A DNA stretch of 64,000 bases from Thermomicrobiales bacterium (GCA_030447415.1 JAUJOZ010000002.1:147351-211350), one strand, 5' to 3'; shown: positions 50,472-62,061, counted from the stretch's first letter. The notes: a model not told the origin generated them from the sequence alone. Numbers and translations are program-made.

Positions 50472-53400
50472 CTAGGTCGAGAGCTCGATGCGCAGCGAGA
50501 CGACCTCGAACGGGCGCACGGGGAGGCGGACTGTCGAGCCATCGTCAGCCAACGATGGAGTCGCGTCTGCGGCCGGCTCTTCGAGCAAATCGACTCGATC
50601 GATGCGCCGCACCGGCGAGGTGAAGCGGAGTGTCGCTGTCCCCCTTGCGCCGTGTGGCTCGTAGAGACGGAGGATGATCCCAGCCCTGTCCTCGGATCGC
50701 TTCAGGCCGCCGAGGGCGAGTCGAAGTCCCTCGGTTGCCAGGAGGCCGCTGCTCTCCGGCAGGTGCCCTGCAGTCGGTGCAACCGGCACCGTCATGAGGG
50801 GGGAGTTCAGGGCGAACGCTTCGGTGGTGACGTCCGCCTCGGTCCAATCGCCCGGGTGGGGAAGGAGGCTGTAGGTGAAGCGGTGCTCGCCCCGATCCGC
50901 CATCGGGTCTGGATAAAGCGGGCCGCGCAGGAGGCTCAGGGTCAGCACGTTGCCGTGGGCGGAGTGGCCGTACTTCCCGTCGTTCAGGAGCGCGACGCCG
51001 TAGCCCGGCTCGGAGAGATCAGCGAAGCGATGGCCGCTCACCTCGAAGCGGGCGGCATCCCAGGACGTATTGCGATGGGTCGGCCGCCGAACGACGCCGT
51101 ACATCGTCTCGTAGGTGGCCTCATGCGTATGGATGGCGAGCGGGAAGCGCGCCTGGAGATACACCTGGCGCTCCTGCCAGTCGATCCCGGTGACGATGTC
51201 CAGGCGGCGGGAGCCGGCGAGCAGACGATAGGTCTGCTCGATGCGGGAACCCCGCCAGGTCCGGCGGACGCGCACGGCGCCGCGCAGCGGTCCCGCCTCG
51301 ATCACGTCGATCGCCTCGACGCCCCCGACCTCCTCCCCCTCCTGCTCGTAGCTTTCCTCGATGTCCCAGGCGTCGTACGTCCGCGGCTTGTCGACGTAGG
51401 CCCAGAGCTGGTTGCCGCGACCGGCGAGGACCTCGCGGCCGTCGGCGACGGTGTCGACCAGCCGGTGGATCGTGCCATCCGCACCAACTTCTGCGCGGAG
51501 GAACTCGTTCTCCAGGAGCGCCCCCCCATTCCCGCCTGCTGCGCGGACGCCTGGGACGGTGGGCGGAACCGGGTCCGCGCCGTTACGGACCACGGCCACG
51601 CTTAACCAGCCCAGGCCCGGCACGACGCGCTGGGGCGCATGGACGAGCAGCCCGTCAGTGGTCGGCTGGGCCGGGAGCGGCGCGCCGTTGGGGTCGGCAA
51701 CGATCGTGTCGGCGTCCCGCTCCGGTAGGAGGAATGTCAGGGGACGGGGAGTCAGCGCCGCGTTGGCGACGATGAGCCGCTCGCCGGCCGGGGCGCCCTC
51801 GACGAGACCGCCGATATGGGTAAGCGCCGCGTCCCGCGCCCCGATCGCCGCGCGGACGACCCCTTCCAGTTCTCGGTGGGTGTCCCGGTAGACCTCGGCG
51901 ATGGAGGAGCCGGGAAGGATGTCGTGGAACTGGTTGAGCAGGAGCGATTTCCAGGCGGTCTCCAGCGCCTCCTGGGGATAGGAGAAGCCGTGGAGGTGCG
52001 CTAGTGCGGCGAAGGCCTCGGCCTCGAGCAGGCGGTGCTCAGCGGCGCGGTTGAGCGCCTTGACATGGGCTTGGGTGGTCAGGGTGCCCCGGTGAAACTC
52101 CAGGTAGAGCTCGCCGGTCCAGATCGGCAGCCCGTCGCTCGGGAGACCGGCGAAGAACTCCTCGACGTGGGCCATCCGGAGCCGCGGAAGCGCCGGGAAA
52201 TCGTTGATTCGCGCGTAGTTCTCCAGCATCCGAGCCGACGGTCCGCCGCCGCCGTCGCCCCAGCCGAAGGCAAGGAGGCTCTCGGGGTGGTGATGCTTGC
52301 CGCGGAAGTTGTGCCACGTTCCGAGGGTGTCGAGCGGGGCGACGTTGCCGTTGTAGCCGTGGGCCGGGGGCAGGTTGCGAAACATGTGCGCCGTCACCCG
52401 GCTGCCGTCCAGCCCCTCCCACGTGAACAGGTCGTGGGGGAAGAGGTTCTCCTCGTTCCAGGTCAGCTTGATCGTGAAGAAACCCCGGATACCGGCGCCG
52501 CGCAGCAGTTGAGGGATGCCGCCGGAGAAGCCGAAGACGTCCGGGAGCCAGGCGACCGTCGCCCGCGTGCCGAACCACCCCTCGAAGGCGCGCTGACCGT
52601 AGAAGAGTTGGCGGACGAACGCCTCACCGCCGGTGATCTGGCAGTCCGGCTCCACCCAGGAGCCGCCAACCGGCTCCCAGCGGCCTTCCGCCACCCGCTG
52701 CCTGACGCGGGCGAAGAGGTCCGGCGCATCCTCCTCGATCCAGGCGTAGAGCTGGGCCGAGGACTGGTTGAAGGTGAAGTCCGGGTAGCGGTCCATCAGG
52801 TCGAGCACGGTGGCAAAGGTCCGGCGCCCCTTGCGCCGCGTCTCGGCGACGGGCCACAGCCACGCGAGATCGATGTGGGCGTGGCCCGTGAGCGCCAGGC
52901 GCCCAACCGGAGGGTAGTCGCGCCTCAGTTGGTCGAGCCGCCGGACGAGCTCGGCACGAGCGGCCTCGACCGCCTGGAGCGCCGCTTCCGGCAGCGGCTC
53001 CAGCGGGCGGGGCGGTGGTGGGAGGTGCCAGATGGGCGTCGAGTAAGGATGGACTTCGTACGCCTCAACCGCGTAGCTCGGCGGGATGGAGTTGACGCCG
53101 CTGCCAATTGGGTTCACGTACCCGAGCGCCAGCCGGGTGAGCGCCACGTCGCTCGCGGACGGCCAAGCGGGTCCGAGTACGGTGAAGGCGGCGTCGGCGG
53201 CGTCGAGCAGGAGCGGGGCGATCTCGTGCTGGCCGAGCCTCCTGCGCGGCCTGGAGGAGCATCGTCAGGTCCCGCTCCAGGCCGCGCAGCTCGGCGTGGG
53301 GCACGACGAGGTGAGCCCGCTCCAGACGGGGCTCGGCGACGTGGCTGCCGAACATCCCCTTCGGCACCACCTCCGCCTCGACGGCGACGCACTCGCCGCC

Positions 53401-53735
53401 CCGCGCCGGGTCGGCGATGCGGAAGCTGTGGTGAAAGGGGTCGAGTCCGGCCTGGAGCCCAGTCGAGAGGCGGACGAACCCTTCGCCGCCGAGCCAGAGT
53501 TCCAGCTCGACCGGCCGACCTGCCCACGCATCGGGGACGGCCGCGGCGGCCGCGAAGCGGACCGGCGTCTCGACGACCGGCCAGAGGTCCCCGAGCTGAA
53601 TCGGCCGGGCCTCGCCGTCGCCCGCGGTGAAGGACCAGTCCGTGATTGGATGCTCCCGCGCGTTGCGCCAGGCGCGGATCTCTTCCAGCCGCCGGGTGAG
53701 CCGCTCGAGGCGACGGTTTCAGAGGTGCTAGGCAC
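50472..53735 (-). CDS. GH38 alpha-mannosidase (5' frameshifts)
   Basis: GHAHIDLAWLW, WLPDVFG, GWGDGGGGP, ELYLEFHRG, NQFHDILPGSSI. Confidence 0.9.
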
Positions 53736-53952
53736 GAGCAAACTCCTCCGGCATGGATACGGACCCGGCCGCCATCCGCCGTCGGGTCGCGCCCAACAGA
53801 TCGCCGTCCAATCCCGGCTCGGGCGGCCGTGGTGCAAAGACCGCGGACCAGGCCGGAGAAGAGCGGCTTCCGACCCCGATTCCCGATCCTGCCGCAGGAG
53901 CTTAGCCCCAGGCTATCTGCAGCGGATGGAGCGCGCCCCCGGGTTCATCCGC

Positions 53953-54903
53953 TCACTTGATGCTGCCGAGGGAGATGCCCTGGACGAAGGCCCGCTGGAA
54001 GAGGAGGAACAGGGCGATCACCGGGAGGACGACCAGGGTCGAGGCGGCCATCAGCAGGTTGAACTGAAGCTCGCGCTGCGACTTGAAGAAGGTCAGACCG
54101 ATGGCGAGGGTGTACTTCGCCTCGTCCTGAAGGTAGATCAGTGGGCCGAGGAAGTCGTTCCAGGCATGGAGCGCCGCGAAGATGCTGATGACGCCGATGG
54201 CGGGCAGTGTCTGGGGCAGGACGATTTGGGAGAAGATTCGGAACTCGCTCGCGCCGTCGATGCGGGCCGCGTCGGAGATCTCGTGCGGGACCTGCATCAT
54301 GAACTGTCGCATCAGGAAGATCCAGAAGGCGTTGCCGAGAAACATCGGCACGACGAGCGGGAGGTAGGTGTTGATCCAGTTCCCCTCCCACCCGAGTCGC
54401 CAGCCATCCAGGACCGGCCGCGGGAGGTTGGCGAAGATGTCGAAGAGGGCGACGATGAGCACGGGGAAGGGAATGAAGACGGTGGCCAGCACGATGTAGA
54501 ACACCTTGTCGCGGCCGGGCCACTCGATCCGGGAGAAGCCGTAGGCGATGAGCGGGTTGGAGATGACGGAGCCGAGAACGGTGAGCGCGGTGATGGTGGA
54601 GGTGTTGGCCAGGTATCGCCAGAAGGGGATGTAGTCGACCGCCTCCGAGAAGTTGGACCAGGCCAACTTTTCCGGCACGAACGTCGGGGGGTAGAGCCTC
54701 AACTCCTCGTGCGTCTTGAAGGCGGTGTTGAGCATCCAGTAGAACGGCAGCACGTAGAGCGCACAGACGAGGAGCAGGACGACCCTGGGGACGACCTGCC
54801 GCTGCAGGTGCTTGGCGACCAGGGGCCAGCGCCCGGCGGCGAGCGCGGGCGCCTCGGTGGCGGTGGCGGTGGCGGTCCCGGCCATCGGTCGCTCCCTGGC
54901 CAT
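53953..54903 (-). CDS. carbohydrate ABC transporter permease
   Basis: DAARIDGASE loop, WNDFLGPLIYL. Confidence 0.92.
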   Translation of the reverse strand: MARERPMAGTATATATEAPALAAGRWPLVAKHLQRQVVPRVVLLLVCALYVLPFYWMLNTAFKTHEELRLYPPTFVPEKLAWSNFSEAVDYIPFWRYLANTSTITALTVLGSVISNPLIAYGFSRIEWPGRDKVFYIVLATVFIPFPVLIVALFDIFANLPRPVLDGWRLGWEGNWINTYLPLVVPMFLGNAFWIFLMRQFMMQVPHEISDAARIDGASEFRIFSQIVLPQTLPAIGVISIFAALHAWNDFLGPLIYLQDEAKYTLAIGLTFFKSQRELQFNLLMAASTLVVLPVIALFLLFQRAFVQGISLGSIK

Positions 54904-54918
54904 CGGTCGCGCTCCTCC

Positions 54919-55851
54919 CTACTGGTTTTCGTAGTGGACCCACCGCTGCGACCAGCGGAAGATCAGCATCGCGAGCACGAACGTGATCAGGAAGAGGATC
55001 CAGGCCATCGCGGAGGCGTAGCCCATCTTCCCGTACTGGAAGGCGTTTTGGTACAGGTAGAGGACGTAGAACCGGGTTGCGTCGGCGGGACCGCCCTGGG
55101 TGATGATGTAGGCCTGAGTGAAGACCTGGAGACCGAGGCTCAGGCCGAGGATCAGGTCGTAGAGGATGACCGGGGTCATCATCGGCAGGGTGATGTTTCG
55201 GAACCGATTCCAGGCACCGGCGCCGTCGAGCATTGCCGCCTCGTAGAGTGAGGTGGGAATGCCCTTGAGCCCGGCGAGGAAGATCAGCGCGACCTGGCCG
55301 GCGCCGAACTGCGCGAGGAAGACGATGGCGAGCTTGGCCCAGGTCGGGTCACCGAACCAGTTGACGTTGGGCAAACCGAGCTTGATCAGGATTTGGTTGA
55401 AGACCCCTTGGGTCGGGTTCATCATGATGAGGAAGATGAAGGAGAGGGCAAAGAGCGGGAGGATCGACGGCAGGTAGAGGACTGCTCGGTAGATTGGGAC
55501 CTCCGGCACCGGCTGGTTCATCGCCAGGGCGAGGCCCATCGCGACCACCGCCCCAAGCGGCACCGCGAGCGCCGTGTAGAAAAGCGTGTTGTAGAGCGAC
55601 GTCCAGAAGAGGTCGTCTTCCAGCAGAGCCCGATAGTTATCGAGGCCGATCCAGACCGGCTCGCCGAAGCCGGTGTACTTCGTGAAGCTGATCCGCAGGG
55701 TGTAGTAGATCGGGTAAACGAGGAACGCCAGGAAGCCGACGATCCAGGGGCTGACGAAGAGCAAGCCGACGGCGAGGTTGTGCCGCTCCTTGCGCGTGAG
55801 GCGGAACCGACGGGGAGCCCTCGTGTGGATGGGCGGTGTCGCGACACTCAT
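54919..55851 (-). CDS. carbohydrate ABC transporter permease
   Basis: LYEAAMLDGAG, GYASAMAW. Confidence 0.92.
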   Translation of the reverse strand: MSVATPPIHTRAPRRFRLTRKERHNLAVGLLFVSPWIVGFLAFLVYPIYYTLRISFTKYTGFGEPVWIGLDNYRALLEDDLFWTSLYNTLFYTALAVPLGAVVAMGLALAMNQPVPEVPIYRAVLYLPSILPLFALSFIFLIMMNPTQGVFNQILIKLGLPNVNWFGDPTWAKLAIVFLAQFGAGQVALIFLAGLKGIPTSLYEAAMLDGAGAWNRFRNITLPMMTPVILYDLILGLSLGLQVFTQAYIITQGGPADATRFYVLYLYQNAFQYGKMGYASAMAWILFLITFVLAMLIFRWSQRWVHYENQ

Positions 55852-56039
55852 CGATCGCCCTCCACGTCGCGATACCGACCGGCAACGATCGAACGTCCGC
55901 GATACCGACCGGCAACGATCGAACGTCCGGTCAGGGATGGGGCCGACGGGAGCCCTCGTGTGGATGGGGGGTGTCGCTACACTAATGGTTCGCCCTCCAC
56001 GTGGCTAGCCCGACCGGCAACGTTCGACCGTCCTTCAGG
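55807..56039. repeat. degenerate direct duplication of the permease start region plus an exact 30-bp tandem repeat
   Basis: 55807-55935 resembles 55943-56039; CGCGATACCGACCGGCAACGATCGAACGTC x2 at 55868-55927. Confidence 0.85.
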
Positions 56040-56094
56040 TGGGGGGCCGCCGGCGGCACGGGCACCACCCTTGGCCGCCGGCGGCGAACCGCGG

Positions 56095-57486
56095 TCAGCC
56101 CACAGTGATCGGGCAGTACGATTCCAGGTCTCCCTGGACCCGGTCCTTGACCGTCTTGAGCGCCTGCGCCGGCTCCTCCTCAGTGAGGAAAACCTTCTGC
56201 CAGGCAGCGGTCAACTCGTCCCAGTACTTGACGCCGACCGGCAGCGGCGGCCTGTTCTTGGCGGTCGGCAGGAGCGTCTCGGCGAAGAAGCGATGTTGCT
56301 CGTCCTCGCCGAACAGGCTGGGGTCCTTCAGCAGGCTGTTGACCGTCGGCAGGTGCTTGGTCTCCGTTGCGTAGATCCGCTGCCCCGGCTCACCGCCGAG
56401 GTAGCGAATGAACTTCACGGCCCCTTCGACGTTCTTCACGCCGGCCGGGATCACCACCGACCAGCCGCCGGCCCAGGTCGCCGACGGGTCGCCCTCATTC
56501 GGCACCGGGATGAGGGTCATGCCAAAGTCGATGTCGGGGGCGTACTTCGGCAGGACACCCAAGTACCAGTCGCCGGTGACCGCGAAGGCGACGCGCTTGG
56601 TGACGAACGGATCCTGCTCCTCGGGTACGGTCACGTCCGCCGCGTAGGGACCGGCAAAGGCGTTGACCTTCTGCGGGTCGAGCGCCTTGACGTAGTCGTA
56701 GAGCCATTGGTGGCCAGCGACGACACCCGGGTCGTCCGGCGTCACCTGGCACGCCTGCTCGTCGAAGAACTTGCCGCCGAAGGCGAACCCGTAGGTGTAG
56801 TGCCAGGCCTGGTGGGTGTAGGCGGCGAAGCCCATCCGGCTGTAGTTGCCGTCCTGGTCGGTCTGGTTGAGCTGGTTCGCGATCTCGGCGAACCGGGCGA
56901 AGGTGATCGGCTTGGCGGGATCGAGTTCGGCTGGGTCGACGCCCACCTCTTGGAGCATGCCCCGGTTGAAGAAGAGGGCGCGGGCGTCGGTGTCGGTCGG
57001 AAGGGCGTAGGTCTTGCCCTGGAACTTCGCCTCGGCAGCCGCGAATCCGATGTGGGTTTCGCTGATGTCCTCTCCTTCGAGGTACTCGTCCAGCTCCTGG
57101 AGCACGCCGTCGGCCGCTCGCTGGGCGACGTTGAATCGGTCGAGATGGTAGACGTCGGGCCCAGTGCCGCCCCGGACGGCGGTCATGAGCTTCGTGACGT
57201 CGGTCTCGTCCCCGACGACCGGGGTCATCTCGACCTGGACGTCGGGGTTCTCCTTGTTGAAGGTGTCGACGATCTGCCGCAGGGTGGTGAGATCGGGCTC
57301 GGTGTGGGACGTCCAGAAGACGACCCTGCCGGCGTCCTGGGCGCGGGCCACCGGGGCGACGCGGAGAGCGGAGCTGATCGCGGTCGCGGAAGCACCGAGG
57401 ACGGCGGCGCCCCGCAGGAACGTGCGCCGATCGATCCGTCCACTGCGGAACTGTCGCGCGAGGTCGTGAAGCGGGTTGTTGCCCAT
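56095..57486 (-). CDS. sugar ABC substrate-binding protein, Tat-type leader
   Basis: IDRRTFLRGAA, GTGPDV, YALP, FNRGM, AGGWS. Confidence 0.9.
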   Translation of the reverse strand: MGNNPLHDLARQFRSGRIDRRTFLRGAAVLGASATAISSALRVAPVARAQDAGRVVFWTSHTEPDLTTLRQIVDTFNKENPDVQVEMTPVVGDETDVTKLMTAVRGGTGPDVYHLDRFNVAQRAADGVLQELDEYLEGEDISETHIGFAAAEAKFQGKTYALPTDTDARALFFNRGMLQEVGVDPAELDPAKPITFARFAEIANQLNQTDQDGNYSRMGFAAYTHQAWHYTYGFAFGGKFFDEQACQVTPDDPGVVAGHQWLYDYVKALDPQKVNAFAGPYAADVTVPEEQDPFVTKRVAFAVTGDWYLGVLPKYAPDIDFGMTLIPVPNEGDPSATWAGGWSVVIPAGVKNVEGAVKFIRYLGGEPGQRIYATETKHLPTVNSLLKDPSLFGEDEQHRFFAETLLPTAKNRPPLPVGVKYWDELTAAWQKVFLTEEEPAQALKTVKDRVQGDLESYCPITVG

Positions 57487-57821
57487 CCTACACCTCCGAT
57501 CGTTTGAGCACCGGCCATCGTGACGGTCGTCCCGGGCGGCCCACGCCACCACGCAGTGGGACCAAAATGTTAGTCCGCCGCCCACCTCGGCGGCGCTCCA
57601 CCGGGTAGGAGACGGTCGTCTCGTGCCCCTGCGCCGCTCCCTGTCCCGGACGGGGGCTCGATTGTTGACTGTGCCCGATATCCTCGCCGGCCGGGTCGCC
57701 AAAATGCGCGCGGGGGAAACAGGGAACCGCGAGCGTTGGCGGCGAGAGAGCGAGAGAGGCTGGTCGCGTACGCGAGGCTCGGACGGCTTGTAGCGCCGAT
57801 TAGCGGTGGGTCTGGGGCACG

Positions 57822-57850
57822 ACCGTATCACGCGGGTACGTGTTCGTCAA
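57822..57850 (-). promoter_or_regulatory. promoter of the sugar ABC/GH38 operon
   Basis: TTGACG-N17-TACGGT. Confidence 0.5.
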
Positions 57851-58044
57851 GACGGTTTGTCTCTATTTGTCTCCTCTGGTTTGGGCGGGCACGCGACCCC
57901 GCGTGGCACCCGCCGCCAAATCTGGTCGGGACGGGACTCATCTCTGAAGGGGGGGAGCAGGGACAGGAAGCCGGTACCAGACAGCCGCGATGGGTTCGCT
58001 GTGTCGTCACGACCTGACGCCGCTCGGGGCGGCAGCGCCGGGGC

Positions 58045-59604
58045 TCATCTCGATCGGCGGGCCGGCCCGCGCGACCTCGCCACGGGCGGTACACGCTCGG
58101 TGGTGGCCCAGGCGGCGAGCGATCCCGCCCGCTCGGGAGCGCCGGTGATCCCGCTGATCACCGCCGCCGCCCGGGCCACGGCCTGTGCTGCGATCAGCTC
58201 GCCGGTGACAGCGCTCTGGAACATCTGCCGCACCTGGTACGAGACGCGGGCATACTCAGGGAGCGGCCACCGCGGACGAGCCGCCTCGAGGAGAGGAGCC
58301 GTCGCGTGGAGGAACGGCTCGGCGGCGTCCGCGAGCGCCCGGGTGGCCGAGAAGGTCGGCGGGTTTTGACCCGTTCGCAAACAGAAGTCGCGCAGCGCTT
58401 CCGGCTGTAAAGCGCGAGCGATCAGTTGGAACGCGAGCTGCGGCCGACGACATTGTCGGTAGATGGCGTAGCTCATCCCCCCGATCAAGGTCGTCTGGGC
58501 ACCGCCCACTCCAGCGGGAATTGGGACGAAGCCGAGCTTCGCCTGGAACGTGGCCTTGTCCCAGCCCGCGGCTGCCCGAATCATCGTGCTTTCGTATGTC
58601 CCACCGAGGGCCATCGCGACCGACCCCGCCGCGATGGCCAGTGGCGGAGCATTCCAGGCGGCGCTCGTGACATCGGTCGAGGCCGCCCGGTGCTTCCGGA
58701 CTAAGTCAGTCACGAACTCCACCGCCTGACAAGCCGAGGGGGAGTTGAGGACCACCTGCCCGTCTGAGATGACATCTGCACCGGCCGCCCACAGGAGCGG
58801 CAACAACTGGTAGGTCGCCGTTTCCCCGGCCGTGACCCCGGCGGCAAACGCGAGAGGATGTTCGCCGAGGCCATAGCGCTTGCGGACAGAGGTCCGCCGA
58901 AAATGCTGGGCGCGCTCGATCCACTCCGCCCAGGTGGCCGGCGGCGTCAGGCCCTCGCTGCCGAACCAGTCCTTCCGGTACCACATGACCGAGCAGTCGG
59001 CCTCGGCCTGGAGCGCCCAGAGATCGCCGCGAAAGCTGTTCTGACGGCGCAGGGGAGGGAAGAGATCCGCGGCGACGGCCTCCTTAAGGTCCGGGTCGAT
59101 CGCGCCGAGCGGCTGCAGGTAGCCACGCTCTGCGAACTCCGCGACCCAGGCGGAGTCGACGAGTGAGATATCGGGCGCCATGCCTTCGGCGACGGCGAGG
59201 GCGAGCCTGGAGCGGAGATTCGTCAGCTCGACGATCCGGAATCTCAGGCGCAGCGGCTGCTCCGCGTGCTCGGCGTTCCAGACTGCCGCCGCTCGCTGGA
59301 GAGGCCAGCACCAGCGTTCGTCCGAGACAATGACTGATAGATCCTGCGGGGCGATGGGGTCCGTCGGCGACGCCGAAGCACTGATGAACGTGCCCCTGCC
59401 TGGGTGCCGTACCAAGAGGCCTTGCGCGGCCAGCGTACCGAGCGCCTTGCGCACCGTCGTCCGGCTCACGCCCAGCCGCTCGCAGAATTCCGATTCGGTC
59501 GGCAGACGATCGCCCGGCCGGAGCTCGCCGCGAGCGACCTGGCTGAGGATCAGCCCATGGAGCTGGTGGGATATCGGGATGGCGCTGTTCCTGTCAAGCT
59601 CCAT
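58045..59604 (-). CDS. GntR-family regulator fused to a sugar-binding SBP domain
   Basis: LPTESEFCERLGVSRTTVRKAL..GRGTFI followed by an SBP-like domain. Confidence 0.88.
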   Translation of the reverse strand: MELDRNSAIPISHQLHGLILSQVARGELRPGDRLPTESEFCERLGVSRTTVRKALGTLAAQGLLVRHPGRGTFISASASPTDPIAPQDLSVIVSDERWCWPLQRAAAVWNAEHAEQPLRLRFRIVELTNLRSRLALAVAEGMAPDISLVDSAWVAEFAERGYLQPLGAIDPDLKEAVAADLFPPLRRQNSFRGDLWALQAEADCSVMWYRKDWFGSEGLTPPATWAEWIERAQHFRRTSVRKRYGLGEHPLAFAAGVTAGETATYQLLPLLWAAGADVISDGQVVLNSPSACQAVEFVTDLVRKHRAASTDVTSAAWNAPPLAIAAGSVAMALGGTYESTMIRAAAGWDKATFQAKLGFVPIPAGVGGAQTTLIGGMSYAIYRQCRRPQLAFQLIARALQPEALRDFCLRTGQNPPTFSATRALADAAEPFLHATAPLLEAARPRWPLPEYARVSYQVRQMFQSAVTGELIAAQAVARAAAVISGITGAPERAGSLAAWATTERVPPVARSRGPARRSR

Positions 59605-60068
59605 GACACGGTCCTGTGCATGCCGACACGCCCTCGATGAGCGATCTTCCCATCTTCACAGAGCGGCGAGGGAATCCGCCCGACCGATGACCTCGTCCTG
59701 GCTCGCGACGGGGAGCCTGTATTGGCACATCATGCTGGCGCGCTGATGCCCCAGTCGCTCCCCACCAGCCGCCATCGTGGAGTCAATCCACGATGAGTTC
59801 TTTAGCAATCCCTCCAACGGACTGTGAAGAGCCTGCATCCTTAGCCTGTGCGGCCGACGGTTGGCCGTGGGCAGCGCCGAAGTCACCGCATTTGCCGGCA
59901 CTCGCTAACCCGTGACCAGTCGATCCCCGTTCTCCAGGTTCCGCGCCGCCCACTTGAACACGAGCAAGCCGCGTTCCCTCCTGAAGGGGTGCGCCTCTCG
60001 CACAGCCGAGGGTCTGCTCGCGATAGCCCCCAACGGTCACACCCTCCGAGGAGGTCAACTGCCGCGTG

Positions 60069-60113
60069 TTGACAGACCCAGAGCCACTCCCTAGACTCGC
60101 AGGTACGTACTGC
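60069..60113 (+). promoter_or_regulatory. sigma70 promoter with overlapping palindromic operator candidate
   Basis: TTGACA-N17-TAGACT, then GCAGGTACGTACTGC. Confidence 0.65.
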
Positions 60114-60207
60114 TCATAACACAGTGTCCCAGGGTCGGCTTCGCCATCGTCCAGGCTGCCCGTGCACACCTCGAATTCCCGAGGTTGCCCGCTACCGACG
60201 GTGCATT

Positions 60208-61065
60208 ATGAGACCCGTCCTTGAGGTCAGCGACCTCCACGTCCACTTTCCGACGCCGCGGGGACCGGTCAAGGCGGTCGACGGTGTTAGCTTCGCGCTG
60301 CATCCGGGCGAACGCCTCGGACTGATCGGCGAGTCCGGCTCGGGCAAGTCGACCATTGCCCTGGCCGTGATGCGGCTCATTAAGCCGCCCGGCGAGATTG
60401 TACGAGGCCGCATCCTCCTCGAGGGCGTCGACCTGCTTGGCCTCTCCGAGGAGGAGATGCGCCGGCGCCGGCTGGCCAAGATCGCCCTGGTCACGCAGGG
60501 AGCCATGAACTCACTCAACCCAGTCATCCGGATTCGGGACCAGATCATCGACGGCATGCAAGCGCATGGGATCAGACTGTCGAGACGCGGCTTTGACGGG
60601 CGATTGACCGAGTTGCTCCAAGCGGTCGACCTGCGGCCGGATGTGGCGGACCTGTTTCCGCACCAGCTCAGCGGCGGCATGAAGCAGCGCGTGTGCATTG
60701 CGGCCGCCATCAGTCTGCGACCCGCGGTGATCATCGCCGACGAGCCTACCAGCGCCCTGGATGTCGTGGTCCAGCGGCGGGTGATGCAGACCCTGCGGCG
60801 GGTGCAGGACGAGCTGCGCGCGGCGGTCATCCTGATTGGGCACGACATGGGCTTGATGGCCCAGTTCGCGGAGCGAGTGGCGGTCATGCGCGCCGGCCAG
60901 TTGGTCGAGGTGAACGGGGTGAGAGAGATTTTTGCCCGTCCTCAGCACCCCTACACTCGCTTGCTCATGGAGAGCCTGCCTTCCCTGGAGCGGCGGGGGT
61001 CGTCCCTCCTCGCCACGGCTAGGGCGGCCGTCGCGAGGACGACGAGCGGTGGGAACGACTCGTGA
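60208..61065 (+). CDS. Opp/Dpp ABC ATP-binding protein (OppD-like)
   Basis: GESGSGKS, LSGGMKQR, ADEPT. Confidence 0.92.
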   Translation: MRPVLEVSDLHVHFPTPRGPVKAVDGVSFALHPGERLGLIGESGSGKSTIALAVMRLIKPPGEIVRGRILLEGVDLLGLSEEEMRRRRLAKIALVTQGAMNSLNPVIRIRDQIIDGMQAHGIRLSRRGFDGRLTELLQAVDLRPDVADLFPHQLSGGMKQRVCIAAAISLRPAVIIADEPTSALDVVVQRRVMQTLRRVQDELRAAVILIGHDMGLMAQFAERVAVMRAGQLVEVNGVREIFARPQHPYTRLLMESLPSLERRGSSLLATARAAVARTTSGGNDS

Positions 61066-61985
61066 GGTCCCAGCCCGGTCCCGGCGGAGACGGTGCGGCG
61101 AGCCCGCTCCTGGAACTGCGCAATGTCACCAAGGCCTTCGGCGGCGGGTTCCTCCAGCAGCACCAGTCGGTGGCGCTGCAGGACTTCTCGCTCGTCATCG
61201 AAGGCGACCAACCCACCATCACGGCCGTCGTGGGCGAAAGCGGCAGCGGCAAGACCACGATGGCCCGCCTGCTGCTTGGTCTGGAGACTCCAACCTCGGG
61301 CGCGGTGCTCTACAAGGGTACTGACCTGCGCCGGTCCTCACAACAGCAATGGCGTGCGTTCCGGCGGGACCTGCAGGCCATTTTTCAGGACCCGTTCGGT
61401 GTCTACAACGCCTTCTATCGGGTGGACCACGTGCTCACCACGCCGATCGCCAAGTTCCGGCTGGCCCGGTCGCGGGAGGAAGGGCGCCGACTGATCGAGC
61501 AGGCGTTGCGGGCGGTCGGCCTCCGTCCGGAGGAGACGCTGGGCCGCTTCCCGCATCAGTTGAGCGGCGGCCAGCGCCAGCGCATCATGGTTGCCCGAAC
61601 GCTCCTCCTCCGCCCGAAGGTAATCATCGCTGACGAGCCGGTCTCGATGGTCGACGCCTCGCTGCGGGTCACCGTCCTGGGCAACCTGCTCCAGTTGAAG
61701 CAGGAGTTCGGCATCTCGCTGATCTACATCACCCACGACTTGGCGACCGCCTACCAGATTAGTGACCGCATCATCGTTCTCCATCGCGGGTCGGTGGTGG
61801 AGGCGGGCGATCCGGAGCAGGTCGTGAAGCGACCGGAGCACCCGTACACGAAGCTGCTGATCAGTTCCATCCCGCTGCCCGACCCGGACCGCGGCTGGGG
61901 CGACGCCCTGCCCGACGGCGACGGGCTGGTGCAGGAGCAATCGGTGCCGAGGGCCGGCGTCGGCGCCGGTGACGACGGTCATTGA
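61062..61985 (+). CDS. Opp/Dpp ABC ATP-binding protein (OppF-like)
   Basis: GESGSGKTT, LSGGQRQR, ADEPVS. Confidence 0.92.
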   Translation: MRSQPGPGGDGAASPLLELRNVTKAFGGGFLQQHQSVALQDFSLVIEGDQPTITAVVGESGSGKTTMARLLLGLETPTSGAVLYKGTDLRRSSQQQWRAFRRDLQAIFQDPFGVYNAFYRVDHVLTTPIAKFRLARSREEGRRLIEQALRAVGLRPEETLGRFPHQLSGGQRQRIMVARTLLLRPKVIIADEPVSMVDASLRVTVLGNLLQLKQEFGISLIYITHDLATAYQISDRIIVLHRGSVVEAGDPEQVVKRPEHPYTKLLISSIPLPDPDRGWGDALPDGDGLVQEQSVPRAGVGAGDDGH

Positions 61986-62061
61986 CCTGACCGGAAAGGA
62001 GGCGACGCAACCGCACCCGTCGAAGATGCCGCGCTAGGCATGCAGCTCAAGGAGGAGACGC

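Noticed and set aside
53086-57507. Long plus-strand ORFs (721 and 704 aa; likewise 662-2338 and 47212-49239)
   Set aside because: Antisense shadows of real high-GC genes, with no motifs.
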